Positions 9,003-18,149 of a DNA stretch of 48,604 bases are shown here, in pieces. The stretch is from a virus (lineage: Duplodnaviria > Caudoviricetes). A program made the translations under genes and the position numbers. Each line of letters starts with the position of its first letter. Positions within the stretch are counted from its first letter, which is position 1. The stretch lies in the IMG/VR virus record IMGVR_UViG_3300043442_000703, positions 1 to 48,604 of that record; one strand, given 5' to 3'. The notes under the pieces were generated by a model. That model ran no database searches, was not told where the DNA came from, and was given only the letters and a program-made list of their open reading frames with translations.

Positions 9003-11638
9003 CCAGCCGTAATCAGCAGGCCCTCCGTCCAGGGGAGATCAATCTTGGTTTCATCCCCATGGATTGGCCCCTCACCCCACTGGGTGCCAAGAAGGATCCG
9101 TATGTCAACGGCTGGCAAAACAAACCGTTTAGCGTCCGCGAGATCGAGGAAGAAATCGTAGCAGGCAAGTGCCGTGCCATCGGCTTGCTTGGTGGTCCTG
9201 TCTACAACCATCCCTACGGATTGGTCTGGGTCGATATCGACGGTCCAAGCGTTTACCAGCTGGTGGAGGGGATCTCTGACCTTCCCTTATCCGAAGCGCT
9301 GCCGCCAACTCTGACCATCATGAGCGGCAAGATTGGCCGCGAACGCAAGCTTTACAAGCTCAGCCGCGAGAAACACAAGCACTTCGCTCGGAACAAGTAC
9401 ACCTGGCACGCAGAGGAAGATAAGGAAAAGCTTGAAATCCTTTGGCAGCGGCACCAAGGTGTGCTCATGGGTCTGCACCCTGAGACCGATGGCTACTTCA
9501 CCGCTGAGGGTCAGGGCTTTGAGTGGGTGGATGAGCTGCCGGAATTTCCGGAATGGCTGTTGAACGCCATCATCAATAAGAACGTCAGGCAGGGAACTCC
9601 CGCTAAAGAACGCACTCGCATCGTTGGCCCTGGCTTTGCCATCAACGCTGAGGTGTCCTTAGAGCGGGACATGAAACTGGCGACAGAAGCGATGTGGGCT
9701 CTGCCGCCGGAAGCTGCCGATGACTACGACATCTGGATCACGATTGGCCAGACGCTTCACAGCTTGGATGAATCCCTGCTCGACAACTGGGATGAATGGT
9801 CCAAGCAATCAGAGAAGTACCGGGACGGTGAGTGCCACAGGCGCTGGCGTTCCTTCTCAAAAGATGGGGGCCGTGGCTTGGGCTCTCTCATTCATATCGC
9901 ACAGGAGCATGGGTGGAAGCCTTCCCAGGAACACCGTGCGATGAATGTGGACGATGACACGCTAGAGCACGTATCAAAACTGCTGGCTGAACTTGAACAG
10001 GATTTACAGATGGCACCAGAAATTCTTGAGGAAACCACTGCTCCCACTGCTGCTCCACCGATGTGGAAGAAGCGGCAAAAGCAGGTGTCACAAGACAAGT
10101 CAGGCAAAGACCAACGGACGCGAAACCCTTCATCAAACGTAGTTACTGACGTTGTTCTGGACCTGTATAAAGGCAATCTGCTTTTCAGTCAACCGCACAA
10201 CCAGTTCTTCCTGTATGAAAAGGAGGCCCGTGGACTCTGGTCACCCCTGACCAAGATCTCAATCTTGGGGGACATCCGCTCCAAGCTTCAGTCGCTGGGT
10301 GACTTCCTGCCGAATGGCTTCAGCACCAACTTGATGAACGATGTCTGCACGCAGCTGCAGTCAGTGCTGGCCTTCGATGAGTGGTATGACAGCTCTGAGT
10401 ACCTGCTGTTTACCAACGGTGTGCTGAATGTAGAGACCAGGGAGCTGCTTCCGTTCAGCCGGGAAATGCACCTGGTGCAACAGATGCCTTATCCCTACAA
10501 TCCTGCTGCCACCTGTGAAGAAATCATTAAGTGGCTGAAGAATACGCAGCATGACAGCTGGGAACGCACTCAAGTTCTGCGGGCCTGGCTGCGGGCAACA
10601 CTGCTCGGGCGCTACGAGATTCAGAAGTTTGTAGAAATTGTCGGCCCTGGTAAGTCGGGTAAGTCCACCTACGCCAACCTGGCTGTGGCACTGGTGGGTA
10701 AGAGCAATACCTACTCCACGGACTTTGAGAACATGGAGAAGAACCGCTTTGAAGCAGCGGCCTACATGGGTAAGAAACTCTTACTTTTCCAAGATGCTGA
10801 CCGTTGGGGTGGTTCTGTTTCCAGGTTGAAAGCCATCACTGGTAGTGACTGGATTCGTAGCGAACGCAAGTATCAAGGCGAAGGATTGGATCCTTTCCAG
10901 TACCACGGCGTTGTGATGATTACGGCCAACGAAGCCATTCAGTCCACCGACTACACCTCTGGTCTGGCACGTCGTCGTCTCACCATTCCCTTCGACCGTC
11001 CGTTCACGGGCGGCCCGAACGAACAGAAGGAACTGATCAAGTTCAATCCCAAGGGTGAACCGCAAGGTGTGTTCGCACCGCTGTTGCCTGGGTTGGTGAA
11101 CTGGCTCCTCGACATGACGGAAGAGGAGATGCGTGAGTACCTGATGGAGACTGCCAAGAAGGTGAAGTTCTTCCAGAAGTACGAGAAGATGCAGAACCTT
11201 CGCTCTAACCCACTGCTGGATTGGATGGAGCACAAGGTCATCTATGACCCAGGCGTCAGTTCTGCTGTTGGCTTTACCAAAAATGCACCGATGGGCTCAT
11301 CCCATATTTACGCCAACCAGGACAAGTGGCTGTATGCCAGCTACGCCGAGTTCTGCCGTCAGTGCAACGTGGGTATCATGTCGCGTAACCGATTTGAACC
11401 CCTATTTATTGACATCTGTAAGCACCAGCTCAAGATCAATGCCTTTCCCATGCGTAATACCAGGGGTATGCGGGTCGTGAACGTAGCGGTTAGGGAGTCC
11501 AGCCCGAAGTACGAAGGTTGGCCTTCCATTGTTGAGGTGTCGTCCGATAAGGAAAAGTACAAAGAGTTTTATGGGATGTCGCTAGAAGCAACCTCTGATG
11601 CGACAATGGAGGATGAACTAGAAATTACAGATGTCTAA
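8999..11638 (+). CDS. Primase-helicase (prim-pol + PriCT-2 + D5_N + SF3/P4-family helicase)
   Basis: VWVDIDG prim-pol motif; DYDIWITIG..LH..WDEWS..S.KY PriCT-2; FTNGVL D5_N; Walker A GPGKSGKST; LKAITGSD; RRRL. Confidence 0.93.
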   Translation: MTSRNQQALRPGEINLGFIPMDWPLTPLGAKKDPYVNGWQNKPFSVREIEEEIVAGKCRAIGLLGGPVYNHPYGLVWVDIDGPSVYQLVEGISDLPLSEALPPTLTIMSGKIGRERKLYKLSREKHKHFARNKYTWHAEEDKEKLEILWQRHQGVLMGLHPETDGYFTAEGQGFEWVDELPEFPEWLLNAIINKNVRQGTPAKERTRIVGPGFAINAEVSLERDMKLATEAMWALPPEAADDYDIWITIGQTLHSLDESLLDNWDEWSKQSEKYRDGECHRRWRSFSKDGGRGLGSLIHIAQEHGWKPSQEHRAMNVDDDTLEHVSKLLAELEQDLQMAPEILEETTAPTAAPPMWKKRQKQVSQDKSGKDQRTRNPSSNVVTDVVLDLYKGNLLFSQPHNQFFLYEKEARGLWSPLTKISILGDIRSKLQSLGDFLPNGFSTNLMNDVCTQLQSVLAFDEWYDSSEYLLFTNGVLNVETRELLPFSREMHLVQQMPYPYNPAATCEEIIKWLKNTQHDSWERTQVLRAWLRATLLGRYEIQKFVEIVGPGKSGKSTYANLAVALVGKSNTYSTDFENMEKNRFEAAAYMGKKLLLFQDADRWGGSVSRLKAITGSDWIRSERKYQGEGLDPFQYHGVVMITANEAIQSTDYTSGLARRRLTIPFDRPFTGGPNEQKELIKFNPKGEPQGVFAPLLPGLVNWLLDMTEEEMREYLMETAKKVKFFQKYEKMQNLRSNPLLDWMEHKVIYDPGVSSAVGFTKNAPMGSSHIYANQDKWLYASYAEFCRQCNVGIMSRNRFEPLFIDICKHQLKINAFPMRNTRGMRVVNVAVRESSPKYEGWPSIVEVSSDKEKYKEFYGMSLEATSDATMEDELEITDV

Positions 11639-12056
11639 TGGGCGTCACCTGATTCTGGATCTGTATGACTGCGATCCAGGGGCATTAGATAACTACGACC
11701 TGCTGGAAGAGTGGCTTAGGACCGCTCTTCTGATGTCGAAGGCAACGATCCTCAGGATCATCGGTGAGAAATTTGAGCCGCAGGGTGTAACACTACTGGC
11801 CCTACTGGCTGAATCTCACGCCTCTATTCATACCTGGCCGGAGATGGGGTACGCCGCTGTTGATCTATACACCTGCGGGGATACCACCAACACGCACAAG
11901 GCTGCTGAGTTTATGAAGTACAAACTCAAGGCGCAAACATCGGAGGAGCGGGAACTGACACGTTCTGTCACCCCTGGTGAAGCAGGAGCTATTGCTGCAC
12001 TTGAGAATCTGTACGAAACAAATAGCGAAGGAATGGAGCAGCTTGCTAATACGTAA
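11631..12056 (+). CDS. speD: S-adenosylmethionine decarboxylase proenzyme
   Basis: GRHLILDLY, FEPQGVT, LAESHASIHTWPE (ES self-cleavage site), DLYTCG. Confidence 0.95.
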   Translation: MSNGRHLILDLYDCDPGALDNYDLLEEWLRTALLMSKATILRIIGEKFEPQGVTLLALLAESHASIHTWPEMGYAAVDLYTCGDTTNTHKAAEFMKYKLKAQTSEERELTRSVTPGEAGAIAALENLYETNSEGMEQLANT

Positions 12057-12115
12057 TTGCCGTTGGCATTCGTATCATCAATTTGTGTATAGTAAATCGA
12101 GAATAATCCGATTTA

Positions 12116-13372
12116 ATGGCTAAAAAACCGAAGCTTCTTTGGATTGGTGACGTAATTGCCACCACTGGTTTTGCACGCGTCACGCACAACGTCGTAGATC
12201 GGTTGAAAGATAAATACGAGATCGTAATCCTGGGTTGTAACTGGCATGGTGACCCAGATCCCATGCAGCACACCTACAAGATGTATCCGGCATCTAACCG
12301 TTTTCAGCAAGGTGCTTTTGGGGAGGAACGCATTCGGGAAGTTGTTGAGATCGAGAAGCCTGACGTGGTGTTCTCTATCAATGACTGCTGGATTATTAAT
12401 GAACAGTACCGCCGGGTGCATGACCTCCACCAGCCACTGGGCTTTAAGTTCGTGGGGTACATGCCCATGGATTCCTACAACTGGGTTGGTTGCCTCAACG
12501 AAACCGCCAACGCATGGGACGCCATCGTTTCCTATACAGAATTTGGGGCACACGAATTCATCAAAGGTGGGATTGAGAAGCCCATCACGGTGATTCCCCA
12601 CGGCGTCACGGCTGGTCAGTTCAAGCCTGGTGACAAGATTGAGGCACGCAAGAAGCTGGGCCTGAAGGAGGATTCCTTTATTGTCTTCAACGGCAACCGC
12701 AACCAGTTCCGTAAACGGATTGATATCACGATTGACGCTTTTGCTGATTTTGCAATCGATAAGCCGGAAGCTCAGCTGTACCTACATATGGGAACTAAGG
12801 ACCAGGGCTGGGATGTGATGGCTGTGTTTGCACGGGAGATGCAGAAGCGTGGGCTTGATCCCAACGGTCGCATCATCATGACTTCCAATACGGCCAATCC
12901 ACCATCGGTATCGGTGGACATGCTGGAAACGATCTATCAGGCGGCTGACGTGGGCGTCAATACCTGCAAAGGTGAGGGCTGGGGACTGGTGAACTTTGAG
13001 CATGCGGCCTGCCGTGTGGCCCAGGTGGTGCCAGATCACACCTCCTGCAAGGAGATCTTCGAGGACTACGGCCGTCTCATCCGCTGCGACCACGTTGATG
13101 TGGATACCAACTTCGCCCGCGAGATGCCTTGCCCCTCCTCCGTCCACTTGACCGAGATCCTCAACGAACTGTACGCCGACCGCGCCCAGCTCGATGCCGT
13201 GGCTGAAGCGTGTTACCTGCGGGCTACCGACGAGATGTTCAGCTGGGACACGATTGCTGCTCAGTTTGACGGGGTGTTCCAGGAGGCACTCAACCCTGTA
13301 CTGGAGCCGGAGGCGCTGGTCAAACCTAAGAAGAAAGGGAAGAAAGCTGAGAAGGAGCTGGTGCCCGCCTAA
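12116..13372 (+). CDS. GT-B (GT4-like) glycosyltransferase
   Basis: TGFARV, VIPHGV, NRNQFRKRID and EGWGLVNFEHAAC motifs. Confidence 0.9.
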   Translation: MAKKPKLLWIGDVIATTGFARVTHNVVDRLKDKYEIVILGCNWHGDPDPMQHTYKMYPASNRFQQGAFGEERIREVVEIEKPDVVFSINDCWIINEQYRRVHDLHQPLGFKFVGYMPMDSYNWVGCLNETANAWDAIVSYTEFGAHEFIKGGIEKPITVIPHGVTAGQFKPGDKIEARKKLGLKEDSFIVFNGNRNQFRKRIDITIDAFADFAIDKPEAQLYLHMGTKDQGWDVMAVFAREMQKRGLDPNGRIIMTSNTANPPSVSVDMLETIYQAADVGVNTCKGEGWGLVNFEHAACRVAQVVPDHTSCKEIFEDYGRLIRCDHVDVDTNFAREMPCPSSVHLTEILNELYADRAQLDAVAEACYLRATDEMFSWDTIAAQFDGVFQEALNPVLEPEALVKPKKKGKKAEKELVPA

Positions 13373-13408
13373 CGTCAGACGGGACGAAGATCCTGTGGGG
13401 AACCGAGG

Positions 13409-13434
13409 GCCTCTGCTACGGCAGGGGCTTTTTT
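13409..13434 (+). terminator. Rho-independent terminator
   Basis: GCCTCTGC-TACG-GCAGGGGC-TTTTTT (cUACGg tetraloop) after the GT4 gene. Confidence 0.85.
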
Positions 13435-13505
13435 CATGCGTTGGTGCGGCACGAAGGCACGAAAGTACAGATGTATCAAAATCTCAGGGTGGGACTCGAA
13501 TGTCG

Positions 13506-13626
13506 GTGCAGAGATGCAGACTTTGGGGGTGTTTTAACCCTTACGCGACGTAAATGACACTGTGAGTAAAAGTGTTATTTAGCTTTAATAAAGGTAAAAA
13601 TGGGGTCAAAGTCTGCAAGTCTGCAC
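13506..13626. repeat. Long-range inverted repeat with a nested hairpin
   Basis: 13506-13525 and 13607-13626 are complementary at 18/20 positions; inner stem TAAATGACACT/AGTGTTATTTA. Confidence 0.8.
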
Positions 13627-13681
13627 GGGCAAATGACAAAACGACCCCCTACAATGTCATGGCTCACCCGAAGAACCCGTC

Positions 13682-14374
13682 ATGGCAAGCGTTGTAAGGA
13701 AGCTCCAGCAGATCGAGAAGGAGTTTGGGCAGCCCAATTTCCGTCATGTCCAGGGCATCGAGAACATGGAGGAGGAAAACCTGAACAAACTTGGCTACTA
13801 CCGGGGGTTTGCTTGTGCTCACGGCCATCTCATTCGGGACTCAGAACGACATTGGTGCTATGAGTGCGCCAAAAAAATCCTGAGTAACGTCTGCGGTTTC
13901 GATATCAACTACCTACACAAGGACTACAAACACAAATACGCCAAGCTCTGGAAGAAAATCAAAATCTCATTCCCAGAGGAGTGCTGGGAGATGGAGATGC
14001 CTGGTGGTGGTACGCCCAAGAGGGTGTGCCTGCCGTCGTACCGGTCGGGCTACAGCAAGCAGAAATCCGAGAACGTGAACATCCACAAGGCGGTGTACCA
14101 GTGTGCGTGGGGGGATGTGGGGGCGCTGGTGGTGACCAGGCTGTGCAGCAACCCCAAGTGCGCCAACCCCTTGCATATGGTGTCCAGCTTTAACCGCAAC
14201 TACCCGCCCGCAAGCGTCACACCGCTGGAAGTTGACTTCAAGGCAGAGAAGCTTATGCTCTTCAACCGCCAGTCTCAACGTGAGTCTGGTATTCAACCAG
14301 TGGTACAACAAGAGTTCAAGAATATGATTACTCACCCGGAATATGTGAAAGATCGCCCCGAGTACAATGAATAA
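13682..14374 (+). CDS. His-Cys box / His-Me finger endonuclease-like Zn-binding protein
   Basis: CAHGH..CYEC, ECWE, IHKAVY and TRLCSNPKCANPLHM motifs. Confidence 0.75.
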   Translation: MASVVRKLQQIEKEFGQPNFRHVQGIENMEEENLNKLGYYRGFACAHGHLIRDSERHWCYECAKKILSNVCGFDINYLHKDYKHKYAKLWKKIKISFPEECWEMEMPGGGTPKRVCLPSYRSGYSKQKSENVNIHKAVYQCAWGDVGALVVTRLCSNPKCANPLHMVSSFNRNYPPASVTPLEVDFKAEKLMLFNRQSQRESGIQPVVQQEFKNMITHPEYVKDRPEYNE

Positions 14375-14392
14375 TAAAAAGAATAATAAGCA

Positions 14393-15328
14393 GTGGCCAG
14401 AAGTAATCAGACGCAACAACGTCAGAGAACCAGGCAGAACCCGTTAGTTTTAGGCACGTTCTCCAGTCTTGCCTTGCGTTATTTGCATGGCACGCTGGGT
14501 CCTAAAAATGAGTTAGTTGGATCCAGGGATACGTGGGATACCTCGAATGGTGGTTTTGGTGGCGGTGCTTACAACCATTGGTTCCAGGTCAATATCACCA
14601 GCGATGCATGGATCATCCTTGCAAAAGGTGGGCCGCGTCCAAATTACATCGAGGTTTCTGCTTATGACATGAACCTGGTTCAGATTCCTGCCCGTAGCGT
14701 GTGGGAAGCTGACAGCGTTGTGTTTGGCAGTAACAATCTCAATGGTGTTTATTATCCATACCTTGATCAGGTGATGGGTGCAGGCTCTGATCTGTATAAC
14801 ACCTATAACCCAAACAGTCTGGATAAAGGGAACGAACTGTATTATCCCCTTGGTCCAGGTTCATACTTAATTTGCATCTCTACAACACGCAACGAACTCC
14901 TTGAGTACAACGTTGGTGTTGTTATTGAATTTCCCAGCACGGAACTATTCATTGAACTGGAAGATGGAGATGGTGGTCTCTTTATTCAAGAGAGTGAAAT
15001 TGACCCGTTAAACACGGTTGATATTGATTCTCCTGTCACAGTAAATTACACAATTCCTACAAACTTCAACGCATTTACAGAAAGGGAATGTGTTATTAAC
15101 TCAGGTGTTACTGTCACGATTCCAACATTTTCCACTTGGATGATTGGATTTGAGATCCCAAGGAATGAAGCTGATAACAGTAAATTTATTATTGAAGTCA
15201 GCCCAACGTTTGATTACAACTCCATTCACGACCACTCCCTTTCGGAATGGGAAGCCGCCTGGGAAGCAACACACCAAGATACGGATAAATTCCCGTCCGT
15301 CTTTATACCTTTGACGAACAGGTCATGA
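14393..15328 (+). CDS. Hypothetical beta-rich protein, possibly virion-associated
   Basis: 311-aa ORF with GTG start and TACAAT upstream. Confidence 0.7.
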   Translation: MARSNQTQQRQRTRQNPLVLGTFSSLALRYLHGTLGPKNELVGSRDTWDTSNGGFGGGAYNHWFQVNITSDAWIILAKGGPRPNYIEVSAYDMNLVQIPARSVWEADSVVFGSNNLNGVYYPYLDQVMGAGSDLYNTYNPNSLDKGNELYYPLGPGSYLICISTTRNELLEYNVGVVIEFPSTELFIELEDGDGGLFIQESEIDPLNTVDIDSPVTVNYTIPTNFNAFTERECVINSGVTVTIPTFSTWMIGFEIPRNEADNSKFIIEVSPTFDYNSIHDHSLSEWEAAWEATHQDTDKFPSVFIPLTNRS

Positions 15329-15462
15329 TGGGTTTCTACAACTGGCTCATTTGCAAACTGTTTAAACGCTGTGCTATTTACAGTGAAACTCCCACTGAAC
15401 GTTTTAAGCGTTATTGTGAGGAAAACCCTGGCGCCGTACAGTGTCGGATCTACGAGGATTGA
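15325..15462 (+). CDS. cp12: CP12-like protein (45 aa, not in the ORF track)
   Basis: Read manually: MMGFYNWLICKLFKRCAIYSETPTERFKRYCEENPGAVQCRIYED*; C-terminus matches the CP12 F..YC.ENP.A..CRIY(E/D)D motif; ATGA coupling to the upstream gene. Confidence 0.75.
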   Translation: MMGFYNWLICKLFKRCAIYSETPTERFKRYCEENPGAVQCRIYED

Positions 15463-15935
15463 ACTTTAGTTCACTGTTAAAGCGAAGAAAGAAATGCAAG
15501 AGGATCAAACGGAAGAAGCTGGTTCACACCATTGTTCTACAGAACGGTGCTCTGGCGGTGACACGCTTGATCCCTTGGATCCGTATTGGGAAAAACTACG
15601 CGTGGATGGCCAGTTTAGCCGTTGGCAAAAGCCGGCGACAGATTAACGATTGGTTGATGCGTCGCTCCAAGCGCAGTCGTGTTCAGAAATTAAATGTCAA
15701 CTTGACAGGACTAGGTGGCAATAGTGGTCATGCCATTGCATTGCGTCAGTTGTACGTATGGCTTGATGTTGTACCAGAGGGTGACATCATCATGTTCTAC
15801 TGTGAATCAGCTGATGCAGAACGTCAGATGAAGATTTGGAAGAAGTGGATTCTGCGTCATAATCCAGATCTGTTGTATTCCATTGATGAAGAAACTAAAT
15901 CTTTCTATATCTACAAACCCATGAGTTTAGAATGA
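15441..15935 (+). CDS. Hypothetical basic protein (start uncertain)
   Basis: 164-aa ORF within a plus-strand operon. Confidence 0.6.
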   Translation: MSDLRGLNFSSLLKRRKKCKRIKRKKLVHTIVLQNGALAVTRLIPWIRIGKNYAWMASLAVGKSRRQINDWLMRRSKRSRVQKLNVNLTGLGGNSGHAIALRQLYVWLDVVPEGDIIMFYCESADAERQMKIWKKWILRHNPDLLYSIDEETKSFYIYKPMSLE

Positions 15936-15953
15936 AAGAAACGGGATATACCC

Positions 15954-16118
15954 ATGCACAAACTCAACGAATACTTGGAAGTTGCGCTGGCTATTCATGC
16001 CGCCTGCTCTGCTATCACTGCACTGACCCCAACCCCAAAGGATGACGCTCTAGTGCGTAAGCTCTATCGCGTGATTGAGATTGGTGCTCTGGTTATTGGT
16101 CGCGCCAAGCAACGCTGA
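15954..16118 (+). CDS. Putative holin-like small membrane protein (54 aa, not in the ORF track)
   Basis: Read manually: MHKLNEYLEVALAIHAACSAITALTPTPKDDALVRKLYRVIEIGALVIGRAKQR*; TPTPKDD motif of small phage membrane proteins; convergent with the endolysin. Confidence 0.65.
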   Translation: MHKLNEYLEVALAIHAACSAITALTPTPKDDALVRKLYRVIEIGALVIGRAKQR

Positions 16119-16280
16119 TCAGTCGGGCAACGCCTGAAACCAATACACGCAGCCACCTTGTTTTTCAACCCATTCACGGGTTGCATATGCGTCACTCTTG
16201 TCTAGGGTGACGCATTTTCTTTCATCACCTACTTCCCAGCAGATGTTCACGCGGATGCGTGGTTCTTTATATTTTTTCAC
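16119..16280 (-). CDS. Hypothetical protein (53 aa)
   Basis: GTG start overlaps the endolysin TGA. Confidence 0.55.
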   Translation of the reverse strand: MKKYKEPRIRVNICWEVGDERKCVTLDKSDAYATREWVEKQGGCVYWFQALPD

Positions 16281-17398
16281 TTGCTGATCAGAATTGCCCA
16301 GCCTGTGTTGTTTCCGTCGCACTCCCATCGGCGTAACCAGTTTTTCCTGCTGTACTCTACATTTTTACCTTTGGCGGCATTGTTGTTGACATACCCGCCA
16401 TTGATCATGTCTGCTTCTCCGTTGGGATCGTTGAACACAAACGATGTTGGCGTAAAACCTATGCAACAGGTCCAATGTCCACCGCCAGTGGGGTAGCTGA
16501 CGGTACCTTTATGTAACCAACCAACAGCAACTGGCCTGCCGTTACGGATCTCGTTTTCCAGTAACGCAGTATTCCCATTGGTGACAAACTTGGCAGTAAG
16601 TCCCAGGAATTTCAAGGCTGCGAGTTGAGCGTTGCGATCCGTTGTGTCCCCGTATTTGCTACGGATTTTGTTGTACTCATCATCGCTTTTAACCTTGCCG
16701 TAATATTCGGCAATCATGGCGCAAGTGGACGAGAAGCACTCCCTGTAACCTTTGCCGGATTGGTTATCCAGCTGGTACTCATAGGGAACAGACAGGATCT
16801 TTCGATCAATCACACCTGGTTCAGCAGGATCAGGCTTTTGCATTTGCCGATCCATGATCTGAATTAATTTGGTCACATATCCGGGATCAGTAGCGTAACC
16901 TTCCTCTTTAAGAAGTTGAGCGCACTCATTCCTGGTTGCTGCTCGATTGACGCCTTTGTATCCATTGAAATCTTTGTACCAACGTGTAACTAGATAATCA
17001 ACACATTCGTACAGGCTGCCAAACTTCTTAAACCAATCTTTGATCTGAATTTCTTTGCCACCAATGAATTCGCTGGTGGTGACGTAGCATCCTTCTCCGT
17101 CTTTGGATTTAATGCCAAAGTAATTGTGCGTGCAGGAGGTGTGCTGACCCTGAGCACTCTCTAAAAACCACTGCGCTGCAACGCATTCCGGAAATTTAGC
17201 ACCTGCTTTTTTGGCGGCTGCCAGGACGCCATCCCAGGTGTTCGGGAACTCTTCCGTTGGTTTAGGTGCATTGCGATACTTCAGCGCAAATGACTCCAAA
17301 ACATCAGGTGTGACCTGAGCCTGGAGCCAGTTCCACGCATCAATCTGATGAGGTTCTTTCTTAAAGAACTCAACAGCATCAGTCAGCTTTATTGACAT
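16277..17398 (-). CDS. Modular endolysin: N-terminal PHQ module + GH73 glucosaminidase + C39-like peptidase
   Basis: AQWFLES, NYFGIK and GYATDPGY (GH73); VPYEYQ, CFSSTCAM, GGHW and DPNG (C39-like). Confidence 0.88.
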   Translation of the reverse strand: MSIKLTDAVEFFKKEPHQIDAWNWLQAQVTPDVLESFALKYRNAPKPTEEFPNTWDGVLAAAKKAGAKFPECVAAQWFLESAQGQHTSCTHNYFGIKSKDGEGCYVTTSEFIGGKEIQIKDWFKKFGSLYECVDYLVTRWYKDFNGYKGVNRAATRNECAQLLKEEGYATDPGYVTKLIQIMDRQMQKPDPAEPGVIDRKILSVPYEYQLDNQSGKGYRECFSSTCAMIAEYYGKVKSDDEYNKIRSKYGDTTDRNAQLAALKFLGLTAKFVTNGNTALLENEIRNGRPVAVGWLHKGTVSYPTGGGHWTCCIGFTPTSFVFNDPNGEADMINGGYVNNNAAKGKNVEYSRKNWLRRWECDGNNTGWAILISK

Positions 17399-17438
17399 CG
17401 ACCTAAAGCTTTTTCTTAACTTTAGGTCAGGTCAATAA

Positions 17439-17624
17439 TCACACAACTTCTGCTTCTTTGGTTTCTACTTCTTCTGCACCGTCTTCTTCCGGCGCAAACT
17501 CCAGGGTTTCAACCAACTGACCGATGAGGTTTGCAGCAAATTGAATCAGGTTACCGTCGCCAGTGGCACGGGCAGAACCAAATGAATTAATGGCGGAAAC
17601 CAGTTCAGACTTTTTGCAAGCCAT
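17439..17624 (-). CDS. Hypothetical protein
   Basis: MACKKSELVSAINSF..., acidic tail, TATACT upstream. Confidence 0.6.
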   Translation of the reverse strand: MACKKSELVSAINSFGSARATGDGNLIQFAANLIGQLVETLEFAPEEDGAEEVETKEAEVV

Positions 17625-17659
17625 GATAAACAAATGACTTTAAAAAGTATAGCAATGAA

Positions 17660-17983
17660 TCACCAAGGCAGCCCAGTGGCAGAGGTCGGATTCAGTTCTT
17701 GTTGAATTTGCTGCTCCAAGGCAGCTTCGATGGCTGCGACCTGTTCAGAGCCAAGTGTTGTTTTAACCCAGTCAACAACTTGATCTTTGGTTAATGAATT
17801 AAACGGAGTAAAGCTAGAAGGATCTGGATCTCCAAGACCAATGCTTCCATAGGCTCCGGAAGTTTTACCATATTCTTCACAAGAAACTGTGTAATGCACT
17901 GTATAAACAGCGCCATCAGGACAAACGTTGCCATCGGGAAGATGACGCTCAAGCTGAGCAATATCCCAGGTAATAACGGCCAT
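17660..17983 (-). CDS. Tail-fibre-associated protein (assembly/chaperone-type)
   Basis: TW.I..LER...VYTVHY...YGS..L...FTPF..LT...V..WVK...GLPW pattern, directly downstream of a fibre gene. Confidence 0.7.
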   Translation of the reverse strand: MAVITWDIAQLERHLPDGNVCPDGAVYTVHYTVSCEEYGKTSGAYGSIGLGDPDPSSFTPFNSLTKDQVVDWVKTTLGSEQVAAIEAALEQQIQQELNPTSATGLPW

Positions 17984-18149
17984 TGTTAAAACATTTTTAC
18001 ATATTCTAACAATTAAAGCTCAGGCATTTCATATTCCTTTGTGCTGTTGCAATAGTGTTTAAAAATAATTTCACTTGTATTTCCGGCCCACTGTGCAACC
18101 ACTACTGGTTATCCGTGCTCCTGTCAAGCAAACCTAGAAACGACGTGGG

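Noticed and set aside
13480-13510. TTCGAGTCCC on the minus strand resembling a tRNA T-loop
   Set aside because: The flanks do not form a T-stem or cloverleaf
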